Origin: Candidatus Nanopusillus sp.
GTDB lineage: Archaea > Nanobdellota > Nanobdellia > Nanobdellales > Nanobdellaceae
Length of the DNA: 10,783 nt
Direction: 5' to 3'
Assembly: GCA_028276785.1 (NCBI GenBank)
Contig: JAPYVP010000018.1
Location: 1-10,783 of the forward strand
Shown here: positions 1 through 7,299 of the stretch, piece after piece
How the letters are laid out: every line of letters begins with the position of its first letter
How positions within the stretch are numbered: position 1 is the first letter of the stretch
Translations under genes and position numbers: made by a program
Notes under the pieces: model-generated
What the model was told of the DNA's origin: nothing
Databases searched by the model: none
What the model saw: only the letters and a program-made list of their open reading frames with translations

Positions 1-2
1 TA

Positions 3-140
3 AAAGAAAAATCCGAATATATAAATTTAGATATAAAAAATAAATACTATATAATATTTGCAAAGAGTTTTAAAGAAAGAATTAAAGAGGATAATTTATA
101 TTTATTTGATTTAAAAGATTTAGAAAAATATAATATTTAA
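3..140 (+). CDS. 3' end of an unidentified CDS entering from upstream of the window (partial, no start visible)
   Basis: Frame 3 is open from the window edge to TAA at 138-140. That gives 45 sense codons: KEKSEYINLDIKNKYYIIFAKSFKERIKEDNLYLFDLKDLEKYNI*. In DNA this AT-rich, stop codons are frequent, so an open run of this length is mildly significant. No family was recognised. It is absent from the ORF track because it has no start codon. Confidence 0.35.
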   Translation, partial: KEKSEYINLDIKNKYYIIFAKSFKERIKEDNLYLFDLKDLEKYNI

Positions 141-199
141 TTTCTATTTATCTTTCATACATTAAATAATATAATACGCTACTAAAAAATAAATTCTTA

Positions 200-787
200 T
201 TATTTTGAATATGGTAAAGGAATAAGCCTCAAACAAATATGGGATCTAAAAGTACTATAGGAGATCATTATTATATCTGCGTTATCTAGAAATGATTTCT
301 CCTTTTCTATTACTATTCTTGGATTGCTATATGGCAAATAGTTGGCTATATCTGCATAAAATATCAACCAATATGACGAATTGGGTGAATTTTTCCTTTC
401 ATTAATAATATTTGATAAATCTCTGATGATTTTTCCTATATCTCTTAGTTCATAACTCTTTATTTCATAAGATTTATTCTTTTTTGTAGTATTACATAGA
501 ATATTATCTGTTAATAAATCATCTGCTGTGAAATGACATTTTCCAGTATATTCTCCTTTATAATTCATAAGGGATACCCTACCAGTATTGATACTGAAAG
601 TTTTTTCTTTTCCTCCTGTATCTAGTAACTCCATATATATATTTAAATGATCCATATTTTTTATATTACCTCTCATTTTTCTAGCCATTTCTTGTAATTT
701 TATATCTAGTGTTTCTAATAGCCGTGATATTTTAGAGCTAATTTCTAATTTTCTTTCAAAGTTGTAAGATTGTGTTTGACCATCCAT
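200..787 (-). CDS. Hypothetical protein (195 aa), the shorter member of a tandem paralog pair with the 868..1608 gene
   Basis: A long ORF with an ATG start (785-787). It lies on the same strand as the 246-aa ORF, 80 bp downstream of it. Colinear short similarity blocks to that ORF were seen by eye: MDGQTQSYNF vs MSDQTLSYNH; YKGEYTGKCHF vs FRGEYLLSLDF; KSYEI..IIRDL vs SSYEI..LLDML; NYLPYSNPRIVI vs MYLTQKPNEPDIKI; RLIPLPY vs ELIIPGY. There are no TM segments and no known catalytic motif was recognised. Confidence 0.7.
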   Translation of the reverse strand: MDGQTQSYNFERKLEISSKISRLLETLDIKLQEMARKMRGNIKNMDHLNIYMELLDTGGKEKTFSINTGRVSLMNYKGEYTGKCHFTADDLLTDNILCNTTKKNKSYEIKSYELRDIGKIIRDLSNIINERKNSPNSSYWLIFYADIANYLPYSNPRIVIEKEKSFLDNADIIMISYSTFRSHICLRLIPLPYSK

Positions 788-867
788 ATGTTATATAACG
801 TAAGAAAATTTAAAAGAAAAAACTATTTAAAAATGTTGGGATTATGGTATAAAATTCATAAAAATTT

Positions 868-1608
868 TTAACTTTTAAGAATAGGAACAAAAAGATAACC
901 CGGTATAATAAGTTCATACTTTATAGTAATTTCAGACCTTCCATTATTATACTCAAAAATTCCGAATATTGGTGTTCTGTTATAAATTTTTATGTCTGGC
1001 TCGTTTGGTTTTTGGGTTAAATACATTTTTGCTTTAATATATAACCCATAAAGAATTGGGGTCTTATCATCAATTTTTTTAGAAATATCAGGATCTTTAA
1101 ATATCTCCATTCCTCTTCTATGTATTAAATATAGCATATCTAATAGACTATTACGCATATTTTCCATGGGATAAAGGATTTCATATGAACTATCATTTTT
1201 TAAATCTAAACATGTAATTTTAATAATATCTGACTGTGATATACCTCCTGATGATTTACATGAAACAACTTTACGGCTTGTGGGATCTAAAACTTGTAGG
1301 AAAAGTGGATCTAAAAAGTCTAGGGAAAGTAAATATTCACCCCTAAATTTTGGTCTATCAGCATTACGTTCTTCTGGCTGGACACGGACCAATGCCAACA
1401 TATCTATATATGCTCCCATTATATCGCTTATATCAACTCTCCTTTTGGCTATATTAAATAACGCTTCATCAAAAATTATATTATATAATACCTCCTCTAA
1501 GCTCTTCAAAGGTCTTAGTAATAATCCACTGTTAATTATAAACTCTCCTTCTTTGTGATTATAAGATAATGTTTGATCACTCATACTATTAACATTATAA
1601 GAAAACAT
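868..1608 (-). CDS. Hypothetical protein (246 aa; possibly 238 aa if translation starts at the ATG at 1582-1584), the longer member of the tandem paralog pair
   Basis: A long ORF with an ATG at 1606-1608. The second in-frame ATG (Met9, 1582-1584) would give the N-terminus MSDQTLSYNH, which aligns residue for residue with the N-terminus of the downstream paralog (MDGQTQSYNF). Relative to the 195-aa protein it carries an extra segment of about 23 aa (roughly QVLDPTSRKVVSCKSSGGISQSDIIKITCLDL). No known family was recognised. Confidence 0.75.
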   Translation of the reverse strand: MFSYNVNSMSDQTLSYNHKEGEFIINSGLLLRPLKSLEEVLYNIIFDEALFNIAKRRVDISDIMGAYIDMLALVRVQPEERNADRPKFRGEYLLSLDFLDPLFLQVLDPTSRKVVSCKSSGGISQSDIIKITCLDLKNDSSYEILYPMENMRNSLLDMLYLIHRRGMEIFKDPDISKKIDDKTPILYGLYIKAKMYLTQKPNEPDIKIYNRTPIFGIFEYNNGRSEITIKYELIIPGYLFVPILKS

Positions 1609-1905
1609 TATAAAATTATACTATAATTGTGTATATTTTAATAAGTAAATTTTTTAAAAGCAAAATATTTATAATTATAAAATCAAAGATAAAAAATTTA
1701 CAACTTATTAATTTAAAGAACAATCTAAATTGACCCATATTTAAGTTCTCTTGATAGTATATTAAATAGTTTAAATATTAAAACGTGATATAAAATTCTT
1801 GAAATTTTTTCATTAAATATATTCCGCCTTTACAAAGTTAATCTAAAACACACTTTCAAAATCTAAAAATAATTTAAAAATCTTTATTTTTTATTATATT
1901 CTCTT

Positions 1906-2841
1906 ATGAAAGCTTCAGTAATAATTATTGATTACAAAAGAAAAAAATATATTTTAGATGCATTAAAAAGTATTAAAAATCAAAAAGGAATAGATTTAAA
2001 TGATATTGAAGTAATTGTTGTAAAATATTATCAAGATGAAAAAATAGATAATTATATTAAAGAAAATTTTCCTAATTATAAAATAATAAATTTAGATCCT
2101 AACGATCCTGATCATTATGTTGGAAGAAACTATTCTGAAGGAATTAAAGTTTCTTCAAGTAATTTAATATTTATATTGGATGATGACGATATGTTTACTG
2201 AAAATAAAATTAGTAGAATATTTGAAATTGTAAAAAATATTAAGGATGAAGAATATATGATTGCACATAGATTAATTCCAATAGATATAAATGGAAATAT
2301 AATTAAAGAAAGTAAAAGTATGATAAAAAGAATTAAGGAAAAGATATTTGATTTAGTAAGCGTCGGTGGAACAGTAGGAATAATATTTCATACAAAGAAT
2401 AAGGATGAATTGGCAGAATATTTAAGAAATATATATTTTGTTGTTGATAATAGTTTAATATGTTATTTTAAAACCAAAGGTAAAATAATAAAGATAAAAG
2501 ATGAATTAACATATTATAGAAGACATAATCTAAGTGCAAGTATTAGTTTTAATAAAGATAGTCTTGAAAAACATTTGAAAGATTTTATATATATTTATGA
2601 AAGATTAAAATGTAAAAGGGCATTAGATTATTTGATAGGATTAAAGATGGAATTAAATACTGTTTATAATACAAATTATAAAATATCTATAAAAGAATAT
2701 CTTCAATATTTAACAATAATAGATAGTAATATCATAAAAAGAATTACTCATACATTATTATATTTATTCTTTAGGGATAAATTAAGAAAATATTATCTAA
2801 ATAAATATAATTATATAGATCTAGAAAATAAACAATCATAA
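1906..2841 (+). CDS. Glycosyltransferase, family 2 (GT-A fold) like
   Basis: The N-terminus SVIIIDYKRKKYILDALKSIKNQ...IEVIVV matches the usual GT2 opening (SVIIPxYNxxxxLxxxLxSxxxQ). An acidic DxD-type motif, ILDDDDMF, lies about 90 aa in. The 311-aa length is typical. Donor and acceptor specificity cannot be inferred. Confidence 0.75.
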   Translation: MKASVIIIDYKRKKYILDALKSIKNQKGIDLNDIEVIVVKYYQDEKIDNYIKENFPNYKIINLDPNDPDHYVGRNYSEGIKVSSSNLIFILDDDDMFTENKISRIFEIVKNIKDEEYMIAHRLIPIDINGNIIKESKSMIKRIKEKIFDLVSVGGTVGIIFHTKNKDELAEYLRNIYFVVDNSLICYFKTKGKIIKIKDELTYYRRHNLSASISFNKDSLEKHLKDFIYIYERLKCKRALDYLIGLKMELNTVYNTNYKISIKEYLQYLTIIDSNIIKRITHTLLYLFFRDKLRKYYLNKYNYIDLENKQS

Positions 2842-2899
2842 TCTATTTTTATCATTTCTATTATTGGCTTTTAAAATAAAATTTTATAATATCTTTATA

Positions 2900-2948
2900 A
2901 TGAAGAAAAACTCATCGGCTGATAAATGATGAGGGTCTTGAGCTCAGA
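2900..2948 (+). ncRNA. Candidate archaeal C/D box sRNA (2'-O-methylation guide)
   Basis: The elements, read directly from the sequence, are:
- C box ATGAAGA (2900-2906)
- 12-nt guide AAAACTCATCGG (2907-2918)
- D' box CTGA (2919-2922)
- 3-nt linker TAA
- C' box ATGATGA (2926-2932)
- 12-nt guide GGGTCTTGAGCT (2933-2944)
- D box CAGA (2945-2948)
- a T6 run immediately after

The 12/12-nt spacing and about 50-nt size match the known archaeal sRNA architecture. The candidate sits in an intergenic spacer and is locally more GC-rich than its surroundings. The terminal C and D boxes each deviate from consensus at one position. Confidence 0.55.
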
Positions 2949-2954
2949 TTTTTT
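2949..2954 (+). terminator. Oligo-T tract immediately after the sRNA candidate (possible archaeal intrinsic termination signal)
   Basis: TTTTTT directly follows the D box. Archaeal RNA polymerase terminates at oligo-T runs. T runs are common in this AT-rich DNA, so the call is weak. Confidence 0.3.
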
Positions 2955-2978
2955 AATATTTTATAAAACAATATATTA

Positions 2979-3200
2979 ATGGAGGAAGAATTATATGCGA
3001 CGAAATATGAAGTTTATCTTACTTTAATAATTACATTGATAACTATTGCAATTGTTATGAATACTCTGATTAATTCGCCAAATAAAAATTTATACTATAT
3101 GTCGGCGTTGATTATATTATTATTAATTGTTATAGATATCTATGTATATTTATCATATAAGGGAAAAATACCTTTATATAGGGTAAAAAGAAAAGATTAA
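2979..3200 (+). CDS. Small predicted membrane protein (73 aa, two hydrophobic helices, basic C-terminal tail)
   Basis: An ATG-initiated ORF in an otherwise unassigned gap. It has two hydrophobic stretches of about 18-20 aa (VYLTLIITLITIAIVMNTLI and YYMSALIILLLIVIDIYVYL) followed by RVKRKD. No family was recognised. A chance ORF is possible but unlikely at 73 codons in stop-rich DNA. Confidence 0.5.
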   Translation: MEEELYATKYEVYLTLIITLITIAIVMNTLINSPNKNLYYMSALIILLLIVIDIYVYLSYKGKIPLYRVKRKD

Positions 3201-3532
3201 TTCTTTCTAGATTTTACAATATCTAAAGCCCTTATTTTAACTAAATCTTCAATTCTATTATATAATATTGATTCGGCTAGCTTATATTTATATTCAATAT
3301 CTTTATATACTAAGTAAGCTTTCTTTATTTGATTATTCCTTATATATTCATCAAATATTTTCTTTCTATCAACAATATCTTCCAAAATATTTAATATATC
3401 ATTATCCTTAAATGACATTAATAATAATATTTTCGCTTCATTATCCTGGATTTTATTAAGTAATTTTTTTGCATGTAATCTATATAAACTAATTAACATG
3501 ATCAAATTGTTAATCATTTTGTCAATCTTCAT
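3197..3532 (-). CDS. Hypothetical protein (111 aa, predicted all-helical)
   Basis: An ATG-initiated ORF 34 bp downstream of tyrS on the same strand, so it is possibly co-transcribed. It is rich in heptad-like K/E/I/L patterns. No diagnostic motif was recognised. Confidence 0.6.
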   Translation of the reverse strand: MKIDKMINNLIMLISLYRLHAKKLLNKIQDNEAKILLLMSFKDNDILNILEDIVDRKKIFDEYIRNNQIKKAYLVYKDIEYKYKLAESILYNRIEDLVKIRALDIVKSRKN

Positions 3533-3566
3533 AAATTATCATTGATAAAAAAATTTATAAATGAAA

Positions 3567-4841
3567 CTACCTAGTGATTTTAACAGAATCTAGCTCTTCC
3601 TTATATTTCTTACCAGGTCCTTCAGTAAAATATCTATATACAGGTTCTAATTTATTTGCCAACCATTTTCCAACAGCTTTCTTTAAATCCATTGGGTGTA
3701 TTTTTCCCTCAATCCAATCTTTTCTTAAATCCCATAAATTATTATATACTTTTCTTTCACCAGTTTTTTCATTAATTATCTCAAATTCAATATCTTTATA
3801 TGAATATTTATATAATTCATTAGATTCTTTATCAATTATTTTATATACTTCATTCCAATTTATTTTATTTTTATTCTTTAATTCTTCATATATATCATAA
3901 TTTATTTTTTCAACATTTTCTATTTTATATAAATTATTTTCATACAAATATTTTATTATTCCATAACCTTCCTGATCCCTAAATATTAAATATTCAATTA
4001 TTTCCCATATTGGATTGAATTCTAACTCTCTCTGAGGGCAGAAGGCTTTATTTATCTTATCAATAACTTCTGAGGGACTATCATGAACAAATATTGCAGA
4101 ACCTGGTATAGATTTTGACATTTTTAGTTCAGATAATTCTTCTTTAGCTTCCTTTATATTTCCAGATTTTAATTTTTGGAATGTTTCATATGGTAATTGT
4201 AGATTTGTTATTAATTGATGATGTACTGCAATTAAATTATAATTTATTTTATCAGCATATTCAATTGTAATTACATGTGCCTTTCTTTGATCAATTCCAG
4301 CATGTGCAATATTTATCTTTTGAAATATTATATCTGCAGCCTGCATTAGTGGATATATTAAGTTTGCAGATTGCATAGATTCTTCATATTTCCTTCCCAT
4401 AATTGTAACAGATCTTAATAATCTATTTAATGTAGTATTTTTTCCAATTTTAATTACTTCTGCCCAATAATCATTATTATATATCTCAGATGCCAAAACA
4501 AATTTTACTTTACCAGGATCCCCACCTAAAGATTTTATTGTTTGTTTCATTGCTTCAGTAAAATATCCCTTTGCAATCCTTTTAATTACTTCAGGATCCC
4601 CACCCAATTTATTATTTATTACTGAATGCCAATCTGCTAAAAATATTTCTGTTTCTGCAAAATTCATAAAATCAATTAATTTATATCCAGATACAACTGC
4701 AGTACCCAAATGAACGTATCCGGATATTTCATATCCTATATAATGTCTAAAATTATTTATTTTATTTACTTTTTCTTCGCCCAATACTTCTATTGTTGGC
4801 TTTTTCCATAAAAGTAATTTTATAATATTCCTATCCATCAT
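3567..4841 (-). CDS. tyrS: Tyrosine--tRNA ligase (archaeal-type TyrRS), long form with insertions
   Basis: Class I signatures are present: HLGT (HIGH-type, aa 44-47) and KMSKS (aa 240-244). Blocks match archaeal TyrRS as I remember the M. jannaschii enzyme:
- IYPLMQAADI vs IYPIMQVNDI
- GIDQRKAHV vs GMEQRKIHM
- IFVHDSPSEVIDKINKAFCP...NPIWEIIEYL vs IAVDDSPEEIRAKIKKAYCP...NPIMEIAKYF
- KIHPMDLKKAVGKWLANKLEPV vs ELHPMDLKNAVAEELIKILEPI

ADWHSVINNKLGGD resembles the crenarchaeal/nanoarchaeal TyrRS subtype. Confidence 0.9.
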   Translation of the reverse strand: MMDRNIIKLLLWKKPTIEVLGEEKVNKINNFRHYIGYEISGYVHLGTAVVSGYKLIDFMNFAETEIFLADWHSVINNKLGGDPEVIKRIAKGYFTEAMKQTIKSLGGDPGKVKFVLASEIYNNDYWAEVIKIGKNTTLNRLLRSVTIMGRKYEESMQSANLIYPLMQAADIIFQKINIAHAGIDQRKAHVITIEYADKINYNLIAVHHQLITNLQLPYETFQKLKSGNIKEAKEELSELKMSKSIPGSAIFVHDSPSEVIDKINKAFCPQRELEFNPIWEIIEYLIFRDQEGYGIIKYLYENNLYKIENVEKINYDIYEELKNKNKINWNEVYKIIDKESNELYKYSYKDIEFEIINEKTGERKVYNNLWDLRKDWIEGKIHPMDLKKAVGKWLANKLEPVYRYFTEGPGKKYKEELDSVKITR

Positions 4842-4916
4842 AATTATTTATAACAAAAATTTTTGCCTTTTTAATACCGATCCATAATTAAATTAATTCC
4901 AAGAAAAATTTATTAA

Positions 4917-6593
4917 TCATACCGAAAATGGTAATGCTGAGGGCCCATTTATATAGAAATTCTTCAATACTTCCCATACCTCAAAGAAATCGAATATTTC
5001 ATTTTCAACCATCTTTTTTAATATCTTAGCCCTATAATCTAATATTTGATATATTTTTCTTTTATCATCAATTTTCATTAATGGTGCAATTTTCTTTTCC
5101 AATATATAACTATTATATTTTCCAATAAACATATGTTTATCCTGTACAGAATTCCATGTAAATACATTTCTAACAGCAACTTTCTTTAATTCTGCAATAT
5201 ATTTTTCTATTTCATATATATTTGTTACTCTTCTTTCATATCTTCCCTTCACTGTTACAGATGTTGTAAATACAGCAATATTTAAGTTATCTATAAATGT
5301 AATTGGAATATTTATTGGTTCTCCGGTCAATCTTTCTATTAATGAAACTATATTACCTGAGTGGAATGTTGTCATAACAGGATGACCTGTTTGCATTGCC
5401 TGGAATGCTACATAACCTTCTTTACCTCTTATCTCACCTATTAATATATAATTTGGTCTAGATCTTAATGCTGCTTTTAATAGATCATACATTGATACAT
5501 CTGCACTTTTTCCAACTTCTCTTGTAATTAACCTTTGCCATATATTGTGTGGTATATTTAATTCAGGAGTATCTTCTACAGAATAAACCTTTGCATCAGG
5601 TTTAATAAATGTAGCTAATGCGTTTAATAGTGTAGTTTTTCCCGATGCTGTTTCTCCAGATATTACTATGTTCATTCCATTTTCAATTGCTAACCATAAA
5701 TAAGCAGCTTCTTCTGGGGAAATTGTACCAAATGAAATTAGTTGTGTTATACTCAATGGTTTTGTAGAGAATTTTCTTATTGTAAATGAAGATCCGTGCA
5801 AAGATATATCTTTACCATATATAAAGTTAACTCTTGAACCGTCTGGTAATATTGCATCAACTATTGGTCTTGTTTCTGATGCAGGTCTATCAACTATTTG
5901 TGAATATTTAATTATATATTTATTTAAATCTTCCTCATTTTTAAATCCCCTATTTGTTTTAAGCATTCCAAATATTTTATGTACAACATAAATTGGACCT
6001 AAACCTAAAATATGTACGTCCTCTAAATAAGGATCTCTTAAAAATGGTTCTAAATATCCATAACCAAATCTTTCCCTAATTAAATAATATAATAATTTAT
6101 CATATTCTTCTTGATTTTTTATATATACTTTATCAGAAAATAATCTTCTTCTCTTAAAATCAATAACCCTATTAAAAAGATCAATTATGTATCTTTTCAC
6201 TTCTTCAACATTATTAAAGTTAATGTCTTCTATTGCATATTTAACAATTTTTGTTTGTATTTGTTCTAATTTTTTCTTTTCATTATCATTTAATTCTGGT
6301 TCTATTACATTATATAATGCTTCTCCAGATGGTAATTTATATATATGAATAAATATTGGATCTCCAACAGGATATAATATATTAAATTCAGTTCTAGATC
6401 TTAAAGAAAAATCTAGAGAAGTCATCCATTCAGGAGGTCCTATTTTTAATGATATTTCATTAATATAATTTCTAAGATGTTCATATTTATTTAATGCTTC
6501 ATCAAATGATGTAGTTATATCATTAGTTATTACTTTTGTGTTTTCTCTTTTTATTATATATTCCTGTTTTGTTTCTTGTATTTGTTCAGGCAT
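4917..6593 (-). CDS. arlI: Archaellum assembly/motor ATPase ArlI (FlaI)
   Basis: Walker A is VISGETASGKTTLLNAL. The Walker B/Asp box region is RPNYILIGEIRGKEG. The N-terminal block ILYPVGDPIFIHIYKLPSGEALYNVIEPEL is typical of FlaI. The 558-aa length fits. The gene is directly coupled to an ArlH gene: the arlH stop and arlI start share the TAATG at 6591-6595. Confidence 0.9.
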   Translation of the reverse strand: MPEQIQETKQEYIIKRENTKVITNDITTSFDEALNKYEHLRNYINEISLKIGPPEWMTSLDFSLRSRTEFNILYPVGDPIFIHIYKLPSGEALYNVIEPELNDNEKKKLEQIQTKIVKYAIEDINFNNVEEVKRYIIDLFNRVIDFKRRRLFSDKVYIKNQEEYDKLLYYLIRERFGYGYLEPFLRDPYLEDVHILGLGPIYVVHKIFGMLKTNRGFKNEEDLNKYIIKYSQIVDRPASETRPIVDAILPDGSRVNFIYGKDISLHGSSFTIRKFSTKPLSITQLISFGTISPEEAAYLWLAIENGMNIVISGETASGKTTLLNALATFIKPDAKVYSVEDTPELNIPHNIWQRLITREVGKSADVSMYDLLKAALRSRPNYILIGEIRGKEGYVAFQAMQTGHPVMTTFHSGNIVSLIERLTGEPINIPITFIDNLNIAVFTTSVTVKGRYERRVTNIYEIEKYIAELKKVAVRNVFTWNSVQDKHMFIGKYNSYILEKKIAPLMKIDDKRKIYQILDYRAKILKKMVENEIFDFFEVWEVLKNFYINGPSALPFSV

Positions 6594-7297
6594 TATACAT
6601 ATGAAGATATTTCAATTATTAGCCCTATATTTGGCTCTACTCTGAATGGTATTAATGTATTATATACCCCCATTGGATATCTAAATCTTTTTATTTCTAT
6701 TATTTTTAATAATGATGATTCTCCAATAGAAGAAAACCTTAAATTAAAGTATATATCTGCAATTCTCCTTATATTTCTTACAAAGAACTTATTTATTTCT
6801 GAAGGATTGTATGTTAAAATAATCGTTTTATCTAAATTTTTTATTTTACTTAAAAATTCAATTAATCTTACTGAATCCATCTTATTTAATCCATCTATTA
6901 ATGGATATGATAAAGAATCCAATATTATTAACTCATTTTCTAATAATTTTCTAGATTTTTCTTTTGTTAATTCAAATATTAAATTCTCTCTCTCCTTTAT
7001 TCTGTTAAATAAATTTAGTGTTGGTATAAATAATAATTTTTGATTTAGTAGATAATCTTTTATATCATAACCTAAAGATTCCATTTGTTTAATAAAATCT
7101 ACAACAGATAATTCTGTAGAAATATATGTTGCAGTATGATTGTTTAATAAAGCCCCATATAATATTCTCTGACATATAATACTTTTTCCAGTTCCATTTT
7201 CTCCTTCAATTATAAATATACTACCTTTTGGAATTCCACCCCCAATTCTATTTGAAAATTCATCCCTATCTAAATAGATATTAATATATTCTGCCAT
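6593..7297 (-). CDS. arlH: Archaellum protein ArlH (FlaH), KaiC/RecA-like ATP-binding protein
   Basis: Walker A is IIEGENGTGKSIICQ, followed by hydrophobic-D (LIILDSLS). The length is about 234 aa. The position immediately upstream of arlI is the canonical one. Confidence 0.85.
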   Translation of the reverse strand: MAEYINIYLDRDEFSNRIGGGIPKGSIFIIEGENGTGKSIICQRILYGALLNNHTATYISTELSVVDFIKQMESLGYDIKDYLLNQKLLFIPTLNLFNRIKERENLIFELTKEKSRKLLENELIILDSLSYPLIDGLNKMDSVRLIEFLSKIKNLDKTIILTYNPSEINKFFVRNIRRIADIYFNLRFSSIGESSLLKIIEIKRFRYPMGVYNTLIPFRVEPNIGLIIEISSYV

Positions 7298-7299
7298 TG

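Noticed and set aside
200-787. Possible 2H phosphoesterase (LigT-like), based on two H-x-[T/C]-x motifs (CHFTA and SHICL) in the 195-aa protein
   Set aside because: The second motif sits at the extreme C-terminus with the wrong spacing. Neither histidine is conserved at the aligned positions of the paralog (LDFLD, ITIKY). The rest of the 2H fold pattern is not evident.
1280-1558. 92-aa ORF on the + strand
   Set aside because: It lies entirely inside, and antisense to, the better-supported 246-aa ORF. Its S/L/I/N-rich low-complexity translation is typical of a shadow frame. There is no promoter or context of its own.
1616-1738. 40-codon hydrophobic ORF (MGQFRLFFKLISCKFFIFDFIIINILLLKNLLIKIYTIIV) on the minus strand in the long spacer
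   Set aside because: F/I/L/K-rich peptides are what random A/T-rich DNA encodes, and it is short with no supporting context. It is kept only as a note under the spacer finding.
1906-2841. The glycosyltransferase as part of an archaellin N-glycosylation (agl) system, because of its proximity to arl genes
   Set aside because: It is separated from the arl module by four unrelated genes on mixed strands. GT2 enzymes are ubiquitous, and no oligosaccharyltransferase or other agl genes are present. The link is pure speculation.
2911-2933. Simple hairpin (CTCATC / GATGAG, 11-nt loop) as a terminator of the glycosyltransferase gene, instead of an sRNA
   Set aside because: It is not fully rejected. 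The hairpin does not explain the four box motifs in the right order with exact 12-nt/3-nt/12-nt spacing, and it starts 70 nt after the stop codon. The sRNA model explains more of the sequence. The self-pairing remains a caveat.
2981-3027. GGAGG (2981-2985) followed 9 nt later by ATG (2995), a Shine-Dalgarno-led mini-ORF
   Set aside because: That frame stops after 10 codons (MRRNMKFILL*). The GGAGG is simply codons 1-3 (ATG GAG GAA) of the 73-aa ORF.
3197-3532. The 111-aa helical protein as prefoldin beta, or as a HEPN/PaREP-type protein
   Set aside because: There is no central beta-hairpin segment of the kind prefoldin beta has, and no R-x4-6-H HEPN motif. Helical propensity alone is insufficient.
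3574-3900. 108-aa ORF on the + strand
   Set aside because: It is antisense to, and nested in, the strongly supported tyrS gene. The F/S/L/I-rich shadow-frame composition is the mirror of a K/E/N-rich gene.
6576-7043. 155-aa ORF on the + strand
   Set aside because: It is antisense to arlH and the start of arlI, both motif-supported. The composition is low-complexity shadow frame.
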